A stretch of DNA of 64,000 nt from Blastocatellia bacterium (GCA_025057015.1 JANWYG010000008.1:88722-152721); one strand, 5' to 3'; counted from the first letter of the stretch, positions 36,077 to 45,721 are shown. Program-made: numbers and translations. The notes: generated by a model not told the origin, from the sequence alone.

Positions 36077-37540
36077 ATGAGCACAACAACAGCCCAAGCT
36101 ATCATAAAGCGATACAACGATAGTGCACGTCGGTTCAAAATACTTTTCGTGCTGAGCCGTAACCTGCAAAACATGGACCTTGGCGAAATGCCTGTTTCGC
36201 CTGTGGATTTGAATCAAGTTTATGGCAAGATAAACGTGCTGCGCAAGATGTTAGAAAATCCCCAGCCCGAGCAAGTTCTGCCCGTAGTGGAAGAGCTAGA
36301 ACAGCAGATAGCAGCGGCCTGGCGATGGTATGAGGCAGCGGACCGCAAGATAACTCCGTTTATTCTACGTTCTTACTGTGAGCGTACACCTGAGCTAGCT
36401 GGCGACCAGATAATCTTAATGCTACAGTTCCTGCTAGATAAGTCGGAGCATGACGAGCTTGATCAGGCAAAGATAGACTATCTATTGACACAAGCTTTTT
36501 GTGTTACCGACTCGGCAACAGGGATGATCAAGCTAAAAGTGGCATCAGAGCAGGATCTTTACAAGCAGATAGAGGCACTTTCTCCTGCTAAGGTATACGG
36601 ACCACAGGTCGAGCAAGCTGTACGCGAACTGGCGACGTTAATTTCAGAAATCTATGGTCTATCGACCTTCGAAGGTCTTATCTCTGGTGATTATATCAAC
36701 CGAGGTCGCAAGCTAAAGGCATCGCTTGGCGAAACTTTCTATCACCCTATGGTCTTGACCAAGTGTGTTCAGCTGAACGCCTTGCTCAGGCAGAAGTTCT
36801 TGCAGCTTTACAAAGCAGAGAGCGAAGAGATAAGGAAGTTCAGTCAGATGCTAATTGACACAGGAAAAAGTCAGATAGGCACGGAGGAAGGTGTTCTGTC
36901 AATTGCGTCGGCGTTGGAGTTTAGCGAGAACACTAGCCAGCTGATCAATGCTGACTATGGTACGAACAGTGAGCGGTTAAAAACTTTCATTAGAATACGC
37001 GAGATGTTAACCAGAGCAGTCAGGTCCTATGGCCCTGATCCGAAGCATGCTTCTACAGTAGAGGCCGTAGACCTGCAAGAGTCGAGTCTTGCCGCTAGAC
37101 TGCAAAAACGCCAGGAGCAGATCAAGCAACTGTTACTTGAAACTGTACAGCAGAAATTTGCTACCGCACTTCAGATACTAGATCTGGAACGCTCGCGACT
37201 GGTTGTTTCTGCCTGGGAAAAAGAGGCTTTGTTGCGGGGCGACAAAGAGACTGATCCAGCTAAGCGTGCCATATATGGGCTACTGGCTCGTTCTGTGGCA
37301 CTGATATCAGAAATAAATGAAAGTTATGCCTATTATCGCTCACAGAGTGCTATAGCACCCCATCTTTCGGATACACATTTAATGGCGGTAAATTATTACA
37401 TAATGCAAGCCCATCAGTTAGCAAACGAACTTGAGCAGATGAGCCGTCGGTTACAAGAGGCTGGCAGTATAGATAGAGCGGCTGATCTGTCTGCTACGCG
37501 CTATAAGCTGCTCGATACTTGTTGGAAAATCAAAGTGTAG
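36077..37540 (+). CDS. hypothetical all-helical cytoplasmic protein (487 aa), no recognised family
   Basis: Long ORF with normal composition, no TM helix or signal peptide and no motif I recognise. 12 nt upstream of the histidine kinase gene. Confidence 0.6.
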   Translation: MSTTTAQAIIKRYNDSARRFKILFVLSRNLQNMDLGEMPVSPVDLNQVYGKINVLRKMLENPQPEQVLPVVEELEQQIAAAWRWYEAADRKITPFILRSYCERTPELAGDQIILMLQFLLDKSEHDELDQAKIDYLLTQAFCVTDSATGMIKLKVASEQDLYKQIEALSPAKVYGPQVEQAVRELATLISEIYGLSTFEGLISGDYINRGRKLKASLGETFYHPMVLTKCVQLNALLRQKFLQLYKAESEEIRKFSQMLIDTGKSQIGTEEGVLSIASALEFSENTSQLINADYGTNSERLKTFIRIREMLTRAVRSYGPDPKHASTVEAVDLQESSLAARLQKRQEQIKQLLLETVQQKFATALQILDLERSRLVVSAWEKEALLRGDKETDPAKRAIYGLLARSVALISEINESYAYYRSQSAIAPHLSDTHLMAVNYYIMQAHQLANELEQMSRRLQEAGSIDRAADLSATRYKLLDTCWKIKV

Positions 37541-37552
37541 GAGAAAAACGAA

Positions 37553-38272
37553 ATGTCGCAAGAAGATGCTGCGGCGGTTGCCGTGGTGAAGCTGCGTAGC
37601 TTGGTTGAACAAAATGCCAAGCTTTTTTTCCTAGGCCGCATTATGGGAGCACTGTTGCACGATTTGAATAATCCGTTAACTAGTATCAGTGGTAACATCG
37701 AGCTTTTGCTGCTTAACCCTGCCCTCCAAGACGTTAAGCTACAAAAGCGACTTGACTCTGTGCACGCGTCAGCTAGAAAAATGGCTGATAAACTGCGTTC
37801 TATGCAACTGCTTACGCTTTCCAGTAAGTTAGAAGAGCGTTTTGACCTGAACGAGCTTGTACGTGAAGTGGTTACCATAGCTGAAATTATTCCTAGGTAT
37901 GCCAAATATCCAATAAAGTACTCGGCTTATTCTGAACCAATCTACTGTTATGGTAACTCTAGTAAGCTTGGCCTTGCGCTAATTGCCTTGATAGATAACG
38001 CTATTGATGCCATAGGAGACCGACATCATCCAAACTTGGCCGTGACTGTAGGCAAGGCTGAAATGGCTACCGTTGCGGTATCGGACAATGGCGGAGGTGT
38101 GGAAATTTCTATAAAGGAAAAAATCTTCGAGCCGTTCTTTACTACTAAGGAAGGTAGGTTTGGACTAGGGCTATACCAGTCGGCAAGGTATGTTGCTGAA
38201 AATCGAGGTAGCCTAAGTTTTGAAACTTGTGAATCTGGATCGACTTTTGTTATATCTTTGCCAATAGCTTAA
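37553..38272 (+). CDS. soluble histidine kinase (HisKA + HATPase_c only)
   Basis: 239 aa. H-box LLHDLNNPLTSISGNIELL, N-box LIDNAIDA, G1 DNGGGV, G2 GLGLY. No TM helix or sensor domain. Confidence 0.85.
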   Translation: MSQEDAAAVAVVKLRSLVEQNAKLFFLGRIMGALLHDLNNPLTSISGNIELLLLNPALQDVKLQKRLDSVHASARKMADKLRSMQLLTLSSKLEERFDLNELVREVVTIAEIIPRYAKYPIKYSAYSEPIYCYGNSSKLGLALIALIDNAIDAIGDRHHPNLAVTVGKAEMATVAVSDNGGGVEISIKEKIFEPFFTTKEGRFGLGLYQSARYVAENRGSLSFETCESGSTFVISLPIA

Positions 38273-39435
38273 TGCTGGATGCAGCGTACTGGTTCGAGCA
38301 TGCAGTGGAAAAGCTGCTTCGCTTGCATAATTTTCTGTTTCTCAAAAAACCCGGCCAGCTGCCCGAGCCGAATAGCGTCAAGCGGATACTGATTTGTGCC
38401 TATCACGGCATAGGTAACTTCATACTTTATACCCCTACTATCGAGGCACTTAGACGCCATTTTCATAACGCAGTTTTCGATCTGCAAGTAGGTAACCGAA
38501 CGGGTTGTGAGGAAGTGCTTTCCGGTTCAGGTTACTTTGAGCAAGTTTATGATATACCTACGGATGCTCCCTGGAGGGATTGGATAGAGCATATAAGCCA
38601 TATTCGAAGTGTCGGCTATGATATTGTTATAAACGAGTTTCACAGTAACTCTTACGCACTAGCGACGATGGTTACTTGTAGCGGTATTCCTTATCGTGTA
38701 GGGCATGTACGAAGCCCTGGTTGGCCAGATCGCTACGGTTTTGTCTATAACATTCCCGTAACCATGCAAGAGGCACAGCACGAAATCGATAGGTACTATG
38801 CTTTGGCACTTGCTCTTGGAGTAGAGCCTCCTGTGCCACCTGTGGAGCCGTTTATATACCTTAGGCCAGAAGATAGAGCGTTTGCTGCTGACTTTCTGAA
38901 TAGACATGCTGCAAGAGGTGCAAAAATTATAGGTATTCAGATGGGTACTTCTGAAAACATGCGCTGGAAACAATGGCAAGGCTATAGGGAGCTTGCAGAG
39001 CTGTTACTTGAGGATCCACAGGTCTGGCTGCTAATGCTTGGCTCTAAGACTGAAGCTGCTATGATCAGAGCTGCTGTAGAAGGATTAGGGCAGCGCGTCA
39101 TAGTTGCCGCTGGGCTTACTACGCTCAAACAGGCAGCAGCGCTCATAGAACGTTGCTTGTTGCTATGTTGTAACGATAGCGGTTTGATGCACGTAGCTGT
39201 GGCAGTAAAAACTCCTGTAGTGGCTGTCTATGGGCCTACAGATTACCGTCGCACGGCACCACTTGCAGACATACACACTATAGTCAGGAAAGGTCTTGCC
39301 TGCAGCCCTTGTTTTAAACTTGAAGGTGACGCTGCAGTCAAAGCTTGTTCTCATCGTAACTGTCTAAATACCCTACAAGTTGAGGAAGTTTATTCTGCTG
39401 TAAGAAGAGTGTTGTCTTCTAGAATATCTAGTTGA
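38272..39435 (+). CDS. glycosyltransferase family 9 (heptosyltransferase-like)
   Basis: 387 aa. ILICAYHGIGNFILYTPTIEAL, CNDSGLMHVAVAVKTPVVAVYGPT. 1-nt overlap with the kinase stop. Confidence 0.8.
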   Translation: MLDAAYWFEHAVEKLLRLHNFLFLKKPGQLPEPNSVKRILICAYHGIGNFILYTPTIEALRRHFHNAVFDLQVGNRTGCEEVLSGSGYFEQVYDIPTDAPWRDWIEHISHIRSVGYDIVINEFHSNSYALATMVTCSGIPYRVGHVRSPGWPDRYGFVYNIPVTMQEAQHEIDRYYALALALGVEPPVPPVEPFIYLRPEDRAFAADFLNRHAARGAKIIGIQMGTSENMRWKQWQGYRELAELLLEDPQVWLLMLGSKTEAAMIRAAVEGLGQRVIVAAGLTTLKQAAALIERCLLLCCNDSGLMHVAVAVKTPVVAVYGPTDYRRTAPLADIHTIVRKGLACSPCFKLEGDAAVKACSHRNCLNTLQVEEVYSAVRRVLSSRISS

Positions 39436-39555
39436 TCCAATAACTGGTGCTCTCTGGCAAAGTCAATGGCTTTTGTTTAAGCTAGGGCATGGCTCTTGGT
39501 AGTTACATGAGCTGTTGATCTATACGCTTAGAAGAAAGGTTTTAGGGAGGAGCGT

Positions 39556-40695
39556 ATGAAAGTACTGGTGCTAGGTGCAGGTCGTATGGGGTACGGTGTA
39601 ACTTTTGACTTGCTTCGTAGTCCGGATATAGAGGTCACCTTGGCGGATGTAGATGCCAGAAGGCTCGATTTGATAAGGGATAAGCTTGATGCTAGTGGCA
39701 GACTGACTACCGTTTGCATGGATATTTCCAATAAGGCTGAAGTACTGCGCTTGATGCGGGAACGGACTGTGGCAGTAGGCTGTGTAAGCTACGAGTATAA
39801 CCTTATGTTGACAGAGGTTGCTATAGAAGCAGGGGTGAGTTTTTGCGATCTGGGAGGAAACAATACAGTAGTAGATGCTCAATTTTCTTTAGATGAGCAG
39901 GCACAAGCTGCTGGGGTAACTATCATACCTGATTGCGGTCTAGCACCTGGCATGGTCTGTGTGCTTGTAGCAGACGCTACAAAGGCATTTGATGAGCTTG
40001 ACAGTATCAAAATACGCGTCGGTGGTTTGCCTGTTAATCCCAAACCGCCGCTCGACTATCAGATAGTGTTTTCCGTAGAGGGATTGATAAACGAGTATGT
40101 AGAACCGGTCAGGGCAATACGTAACGGCCAACTAGTTGAACTTGAGCCGATGACTGAGCTAGAGGAGCTGGAGTTTGAGGCAATAGGAAGACTCGAAGCG
40201 TTTAATACATCGGGCGGGCTTTCTACTTTGGTGAAGACTTTTGGCAGCAAAGTGCGTGAGATGGATTACAAGACAATCCGTTACCCGGGTCACTGTCAGA
40301 AATTCAAGCTACTGATAGATCTAGGGCTTGCTTCTGCTCATGTGTTAGATCTAGGCTCAGTGAAAGTCGCACCTCGTAAGGTACTTGCTCGTTGTTTGCT
40401 TGACCGACTGCCTAAGGATGAGCCTGATATCGTGTTGATACGGTTGACTGTGATGGGTAACAAGGATGGACAGCGACGTTGCCTTACTTATGAGCTAGTA
40501 GATAGATATGATGAGCAGAGTGGACTCAGTGCTATGATGCGAACTACTGCGTTTCCTGCTTCGATAATAGCCCAGATGATGGCCAGGGGTAAGGTTTGTA
40601 AAGGAGTAGTGCCTCAGGAATTGGCCATCCCGTCGGGAGAATTTGTGGCTGAGCTTGAGAAGAGAGGGCTAGTGATTACTAAGTTATGGAGATAG
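39556..40695 (+). CDS. saccharopine dehydrogenase-family NAD(P)-binding protein
   Basis: MKVLVLGAGRMGYGVTFDLL Rossmann N-terminus plus a Sacchrp_dh C-terminal-like region. GGGAGGAG RBS. Confidence 0.7.
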   Translation: MKVLVLGAGRMGYGVTFDLLRSPDIEVTLADVDARRLDLIRDKLDASGRLTTVCMDISNKAEVLRLMRERTVAVGCVSYEYNLMLTEVAIEAGVSFCDLGGNNTVVDAQFSLDEQAQAAGVTIIPDCGLAPGMVCVLVADATKAFDELDSIKIRVGGLPVNPKPPLDYQIVFSVEGLINEYVEPVRAIRNGQLVELEPMTELEELEFEAIGRLEAFNTSGGLSTLVKTFGSKVREMDYKTIRYPGHCQKFKLLIDLGLASAHVLDLGSVKVAPRKVLARCLLDRLPKDEPDIVLIRLTVMGNKDGQRRCLTYELVDRYDEQSGLSAMMRTTAFPASIIAQMMARGKVCKGVVPQELAIPSGEFVAELEKRGLVITKLWR

Positions 40696-43559
40696 GTACT
40701 CTTGCAAACAAGGTCTCTTCGATCAGCGTTGTCGAAGCAGTAGCTCAGCTTCGCAAAAGGCTGACTGACGCGCTTCAACCTGACTTAGAGTATCAGCTTC
40801 GGAGCGCTCTTGTTGATTTGTTACAGGAGCAAGGACAGCTGGAAGAGGCACTGCAAGCCGTCCAGGTTTATGAAAATGAGGAGTACAGAAACCGTCTGTC
40901 TGAGGCGGTTAGGTCTCTTGCTTTGCTGGTGCTTGCGCGTTGCTATATCGCTACAGATCTGCCAAAAGCGATAGCTTTGCTTAATCAAGCAATCAGTGAG
41001 TGTAAGGAGACAGGGCAGCTTGCAGGTGTTGCGGAAGGGTACTATCTGCTAGGTGAATCATATTTGCGGATACAAGAAACTAGCGTTGCGCGTGACTATT
41101 TTCAGGAGGTACTAAAGCAGCGGCCGCGCGAAGCACGTCTCAAGGTGCTTACCTATCTACAGCTCGGACTTGTGGAGCATAGGGAAGGAGATAGCTTTAC
41201 CGCTAGAAAGTACTTTGAGGAAGCGATGCAAGCTGCTCAGGCCTGTGATGATACTGCTGTTGTCGGTAAGCTCTACTTAACTGTTGGCAAGATATGTTTC
41301 GAAAGGTGTGAGACAGAGGATGCGAAGCGGTATCTAAGGTTTTCTGTAGAGTACTTGCAGGACAGGAGCAGCAGATTACTTGCTTTGGCATATGTGTACT
41401 ATGCACAGGTACTCTGTCGTTTTGGGGAGTGGCAGGAAGCTTTTCAAAAACTTGACGAAGCACTACTTATTGCTAGACAGACTGTCAGCAGGTACGAGGA
41501 AGCGTTAGCGCTAAGTACGCTAGGTGTGGTTGAGTATAGAGTAGGCAAGTTACAAGATGCGAAAAGAGATTTACAAGCTGCTGCAACGCTCTTTGAACAG
41601 CTGGGAGTTAGGCTGGAGCTTGTGGACTGCTTCAGGTATCTAGCTTTGGTTTTTGGAACGCTGCGGCAAGAGGAGGAAGCTTTTGACTACGCAAAACGTG
41701 CTTTGCAGCTTACCTTTGTCGAAAGGACGCCTGCTCAAGCGGCTGGGTCATATCTGGTGCTTGCTGAGCTACATCTACGCCGTAGAGAGTACAAAGTAGC
41801 AGAAGACTTTCTCAATATGGTTCGTGTAATACTTGACGAGCAAGTAGATTTAGAGCTGTTGGGTATAGCTCTACGGTTACTTGGAAAGATAAAAGTTATA
41901 CAAGATCAGATTACGGCAGCTCGTTCCGCACTTTCAAAGAGCATATCTCATCTGCGTACGGCAAGAAGCGACTACCATCTTGCTATAGCTGAGCTGGAAA
42001 TGGGTAAGCTACTTCTTCGGCTGGATGAGAAAGCACAAGCAAAAGAAAGTTTACAACGTGCTGAAGTGCTTTTTGCGCGGTTACAACTGGAAACATTGCG
42101 CCGGCAGGCCGAGTCTTTGCTGAAGCTGCCACAGCTAAAGGTAATTGAAGGTGGATACAGTCGTGTCAGCTTTGACAGTGCTGTTGAACGGATACTAGAT
42201 GTTCCGCCACAGACAGAACTGTTGCTGCGGGAACTGCTGACTATGGCTTATGAGTTAGTTCAAGCAAGATTGGGGATAGTATTTGAGCAAAGTCCTGGAG
42301 CAGAGCTTGTACCTGTATTGACGCAGGGGGAGCAGGTACGAGACATGGCGCAACTGTGCTTGCGTTTGAAGCTACAGATAGACGGTGGCTTGCTGACAGC
42401 TCCTAACACGGTGATTATGAAGATAAGGACGCCCGGGATGCGGGATAAGGTGCTTTATTTAGTAGCAAATGAGCGTCCTGAAGAGGGGCAGCTTCGACAG
42501 TTAAAGACGCTCGTCAGGCTAGTTGAGCATAGTCTAGAGCTGTTTAGTTTACGCGAGCGCACTAAGCAATCGAAAGCATTTGACTTTACTCAGACATTAT
42601 CGTCTATTCCTGGATTTATAGTAGCCAGTGCAGCAATGAGAACCGTGCTGGAGCAGGTGTGTAAGATTCGTTCTAGCAAGCTCACAGTATTGATTACTGG
42701 CGAATCGGGGACGGGTAAGGAACTGGTTGCTAAGGCTATACATCTGGAAAGTGAGCGTCGTGAGAAGCCTTTTGTGCCGTTTAACTGTGCTGCTGTAGCT
42801 AAAGAGATAGTAGAAAGCCGACTTTTTGGTCATCGCAAGGGAGCTTTTACGGGAGCTGCTTATGACCAACTTGGGGTCATTCGAGCGGCGGAAGGTGGGA
42901 CGATATTCCTCGATGAAATAGGCGAGTTACCGCTTGAAATACAGCCTAAGCTGCTACGTTTCTTACAAGAAGGTGAGATTCATCCTTTGGGTGAAGATCG
43001 GCCTGTTCGAATCGATGTGCGGATCGTTGCGGCTACGAATCGTGATCTGGGGACGTTGGTAGAGCAAGGTAAGTTTCGAGAGGACCTCTTTCACCGGCTC
43101 AACGTGATACGTATACATATTCCTCCGCTTAGGGAGCGACGCGAAGAAATACTGCCGCTTGCTGAGAGTTTTCTTATATCTTTCTGTGAGCGTTTAGGTA
43201 AGCGAGTTGTGCTTTCTGACGCTGCCATAGAGAAGCTCATCAAGTATGATTGGCCGGGCAATGTTCGGCAGCTCAAGAACGAGCTTGAGCGCATAGTTGC
43301 CTATGCAGAAAATGATCACGTAGTGACGCCTGACGACTTATCTTCGGAGATAATTTCTGGGACTACTGGAAAGCAGCTGTCGGGTAAGTGCCTTTTGGTT
43401 CCGACAGATCTGGAGCTTGCAGAAGCAGTGAGTTTTTTGGAAAGGCAGATGCTGATTGAAGCGCTTAAGAGGAATCAGGGTAATATCTCTCGGGCTGCGA
43501 AACAGCTAGGTTTGACTCGCAAGGGGCTATACATGAAGCGAGCTCGGCTTGGGGTATGA
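40686..43559 (+). CDS. sigma-54-dependent transcriptional activator with a long TPR N-terminus and a GAF-like domain
   Basis: 957 aa. ~480 aa of TPR-like repeats and a GAF-like segment. AAA+ module has ITGESGTGKELVAKAIH, GAFTGA, FLDEIGE and PGNVRQL. C-terminal Fis HTH ISRAAKQLGLTRKGLY. No receiver domain. 10-nt overlap with the upstream gene. Confidence 0.9.
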   Translation: MEIGTLANKVSSISVVEAVAQLRKRLTDALQPDLEYQLRSALVDLLQEQGQLEEALQAVQVYENEEYRNRLSEAVRSLALLVLARCYIATDLPKAIALLNQAISECKETGQLAGVAEGYYLLGESYLRIQETSVARDYFQEVLKQRPREARLKVLTYLQLGLVEHREGDSFTARKYFEEAMQAAQACDDTAVVGKLYLTVGKICFERCETEDAKRYLRFSVEYLQDRSSRLLALAYVYYAQVLCRFGEWQEAFQKLDEALLIARQTVSRYEEALALSTLGVVEYRVGKLQDAKRDLQAAATLFEQLGVRLELVDCFRYLALVFGTLRQEEEAFDYAKRALQLTFVERTPAQAAGSYLVLAELHLRRREYKVAEDFLNMVRVILDEQVDLELLGIALRLLGKIKVIQDQITAARSALSKSISHLRTARSDYHLAIAELEMGKLLLRLDEKAQAKESLQRAEVLFARLQLETLRRQAESLLKLPQLKVIEGGYSRVSFDSAVERILDVPPQTELLLRELLTMAYELVQARLGIVFEQSPGAELVPVLTQGEQVRDMAQLCLRLKLQIDGGLLTAPNTVIMKIRTPGMRDKVLYLVANERPEEGQLRQLKTLVRLVEHSLELFSLRERTKQSKAFDFTQTLSSIPGFIVASAAMRTVLEQVCKIRSSKLTVLITGESGTGKELVAKAIHLESERREKPFVPFNCAAVAKEIVESRLFGHRKGAFTGAAYDQLGVIRAAEGGTIFLDEIGELPLEIQPKLLRFLQEGEIHPLGEDRPVRIDVRIVAATNRDLGTLVEQGKFREDLFHRLNVIRIHIPPLRERREEILPLAESFLISFCERLGKRVVLSDAAIEKLIKYDWPGNVRQLKNELERIVAYAENDHVVTPDDLSSEIISGTTGKQLSGKCLLVPTDLELAEAVSFLERQMLIEALKRNQGNISRAAKQLGLTRKGLYMKRARLGV

Positions 43560-43577
43560 CTTTGCAGAAAACACGGC

Positions 43578-43606
43578 TTGACAAAGTAATTCTAAACAGT
43601 GATAAT
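43578..43606 (+). promoter_or_regulatory. sigma-70 promoter of the tRNA-Lys/tRNA-Glu operon
   Basis: TTGACA (43578-43583), 17 nt spacer, GATAAT (43601-43606). About 30 nt upstream of the tRNA-Lys 5' end. Confidence 0.6.
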
Positions 43607-43638
43607 TTTTTCTTCTTTGGGAGACTTCCCGAAGTGGC

Positions 43639-43711
43639 GGGCCGTTAGCTCAGTTGGTAGAGCATTTGGCTTTTAACCAAAGGGTCGCTGGTTCGAGCCC
43701 AGCACGGCTCA
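43639..43711 (+). tRNA. tRNA-Lys (anticodon UUU)
   Basis: Cloverleaf folded by hand: acceptor GGGCCGT/ACGGCUC, D arm GCUC-AGUUGGU-AGAGC, anticodon stem UUUGG/CCAAA with loop CUUUUAA, T arm GCUGG-UUCGAGC-CCAGC. Confidence 0.9.
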
Positions 43712-43721
43712 TAGACTCTCT

Positions 43722-43796
43722 GTCTCGTTCGTCTAGCCCGGCCTAGGACACCGCCCTTTCACGGCGGCAACACGGGTTCAAATCCCGTACGAGACG
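43722..43796 (+). tRNA. tRNA-Glu (anticodon UUC)
   Basis: Acceptor GUCUCGU/ACGAGAC, anticodon stem CCGCC/GGCGG with loop CUUUCAC, T arm ACGGG-UUCAAAU-CCCGU. Confidence 0.9.
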
Positions 43797-43804
43797 CTTT
43801 AAAT

Positions 43805-43842
43805 AGCCGGCTTGCTCAACAAGCAGCCGGCTTGTTTGTTTT
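43805..43842 (+). terminator. rho-independent terminator after the tRNA operon
   Basis: Stem AGCCGGCT(T)GCT / AGCAGCCGGCT (11 bp with one bulge), 5-nt loop CAACA, followed by TGTTTGTTTT. Confidence 0.7.
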
Positions 43843-43856
43843 CTGGAGACATGCTT

Positions 43857-45476
43857 ATGCGATCGCTTCTTCTGATTCTAATCATCTTTATCTCTTCAGT
43901 GATTACTGTGGCAGAGGAAGTGATACTTGTATTGCCGTTTGAGAATACCTCGCAGGATAGTGAGTACAACTGGATGGGCGAAGGATTTGCCCTCGTGCTG
44001 GCTAACATACTTGTGGAAGCTGGGCTAAATGTCATAGACCGTCAAGAGCGTGATCTGGCGTATGAAAAGCTGGGACTGCAGCCTTCGGTGCTACTTACTC
44101 GTGCTGCTGCTCTGAAAGTTGCATCGAAGGCAGGGGCAGATCTTTTGGTAGTAGGTAGCTACAGTATAGAGGGGGCTACTGGTTCGCAGATTGTCTCGGT
44201 GTCAGCACGAATAATCGATGTCAAGCGGATGCATATGAGCAGTGAACTGAACTTTGCGGGCTCGGTCTCTAAACTCCAGTGGATACAAGGACAGCTGGCT
44301 AGCGAGATCCTGCGCCGTTTTAATCCCTCACTGGATAGCGACAGCTTTATCGCTCAGATTAGCGCCATACCGCTTCCTGCATTTGAGAGTTATACCAAAG
44401 CCCTGCTTTCAGCTAATCATGAGGATAAGGTAAGATTTCTTTTCAAGGCGATAACCGAATATCAGAAACAAACTTCGGGACAATACACACAAGCTGTTTT
44501 CGAGTTGGCGAGACTTTACTATGCTGACAAAAAGTGGCGTGAGGCTCTGGTCTGGTTTGGCAAACTGCCCGGAGATTCTACTCATTATCTTGAGTCAAGG
44601 TTTTATTCCGGTGTGTGTGCTCTTCAGTTGTCTTCTGCTGAGGCTGCTATGTATTTACGGCAGCTACTACCATTGCTGCCAGTTTGCGAAGTTTACAACA
44701 ATCTGGCTCTGGCGGAGTTGCGACAAGGTAACTTGGAAGAGGCTATACGCCTTCTAGGTTTGGCTGTGCAGATGCAACCAGATAGCGATACACTGTTTAA
44801 CTATGGTTATGCATTGTGGCGCGCCGGGCAGTATCAGGCTGCAGCTAATCAGTTCAACAAGCTTGTTCGCATCAATCCTAACGACGGACAGGCACTATAT
44901 TTCCTAGCAAAAAGTTTGCAGAAGATTGACCAACACCTAGAGGCTACAGCTGCGCTTGATGGGGCTAAGAAATATCTGCCTGACTTTGCAAAGTGGGAAG
45001 TGGGGAAGATATCAGTCTCTGTAGACCGCATAAAAGAGTGTTTTGCTCGCTCGACTTTCCTGCGACTAAAAAAAGTAGTAGCAACGCGCGGACAACAGCG
45101 TATGGAAGCTGATACAAAGGCAGCAGCCTCGAATGTCAAGCTACGTCGAGCTACTGAACTATTTCAGGCAGGTCGTGATACAGAAGCGTTAGAGCAGCTT
45201 GTGGCGCACTTACGTGACTTTCCCGATGATGCGGAAGCTCATTTGCTTGTGGGGCGTATAAGAGAGCGTCGAGGACAAATTGAAGCTGCTATTAACTCGC
45301 TTAAAGTGGCTGTGTTCTGGAATCCGAAACTTGTGCCAGCTCACCTTTTGCTAGGTAAGCTCTATTTGCAGCAAAATAAGCGGGAGGAAGCTGAGCTTTG
45401 TCTTCATACTGCCTTACAACTAGAGCCAGAGAATCCGGAAGTACTGGCTTTCAGCCAGATGCTGCAAAGACGATGA
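43857..45476 (+). CDS. secreted TPR-repeat protein with an N-terminal LpoB/CsgG-like domain
   Basis: Signal peptide MRSLLLILIIFISSVITVAEE. VILVLPFENTSQDSEYNWMGEGFA N-terminal domain, then multiple TPRs. The start at 43857 (GGAG 8 nt upstream) is chosen because the track start 43812 lies inside the terminator hairpin. Confidence 0.75.
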   Translation: MRSLLLILIIFISSVITVAEEVILVLPFENTSQDSEYNWMGEGFALVLANILVEAGLNVIDRQERDLAYEKLGLQPSVLLTRAAALKVASKAGADLLVVGSYSIEGATGSQIVSVSARIIDVKRMHMSSELNFAGSVSKLQWIQGQLASEILRRFNPSLDSDSFIAQISAIPLPAFESYTKALLSANHEDKVRFLFKAITEYQKQTSGQYTQAVFELARLYYADKKWREALVWFGKLPGDSTHYLESRFYSGVCALQLSSAEAAMYLRQLLPLLPVCEVYNNLALAELRQGNLEEAIRLLGLAVQMQPDSDTLFNYGYALWRAGQYQAAANQFNKLVRINPNDGQALYFLAKSLQKIDQHLEATAALDGAKKYLPDFAKWEVGKISVSVDRIKECFARSTFLRLKKVVATRGQQRMEADTKAAASNVKLRRATELFQAGRDTEALEQLVAHLRDFPDDAEAHLLVGRIRERRGQIEAAINSLKVAVFWNPKLVPAHLLLGKLYLQQNKREEAELCLHTALQLEPENPEVLAFSQMLQRR

Positions 45477-45721
45477 CCGTGCTTATTTTCGCGTTGTTCT
45501 TGCTGTTACTACTTATTCTGTCGCTACGTAAGCGTCGTTGCCGAGTGATATCGGTTTTTGGCAGTAGAGGGATTGCTGAAACGGAACTCTCTCCTGAAGG
45601 CATAGTACTGATAGACGGAGAAGCGTTCTTAGCTCGTTCTTCAGTTGAGCTGCCAAGAGGGACTTGTGTAACTGTAGTGGGAACTGACGGCCCACTGCTA
45701 CTTGTGCAGCAAGAAGGTTAG
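45473..45721 (+). CDS. NfeD-like small membrane protein (OB-fold C-terminal domain)
   Basis: 82 aa. TM helix MTVLIFALFLLLLLIL, then GIAETELSPEGIVLIDGEAFLARS...GTCVTVVGTDGPLLLV. ATGA overlap with the TPR gene. Confidence 0.6.
   Translation: MTVLIFALFLLLLLILSLRKRRCRVISVFGSRGIAETELSPEGIVLIDGEAFLARSSVELPRGTCVTVVGTDGPLLLVQQEG

Noticed and set aside
39459-39475. TGGCAAAGTCAATGGCT upstream of the saccharopine-dehydrogenase-like gene as a sigma-54 promoter
   Set aside because: The GG-to-GC spacing is 11 nt rather than 10, and the -12 element is not TTGC.
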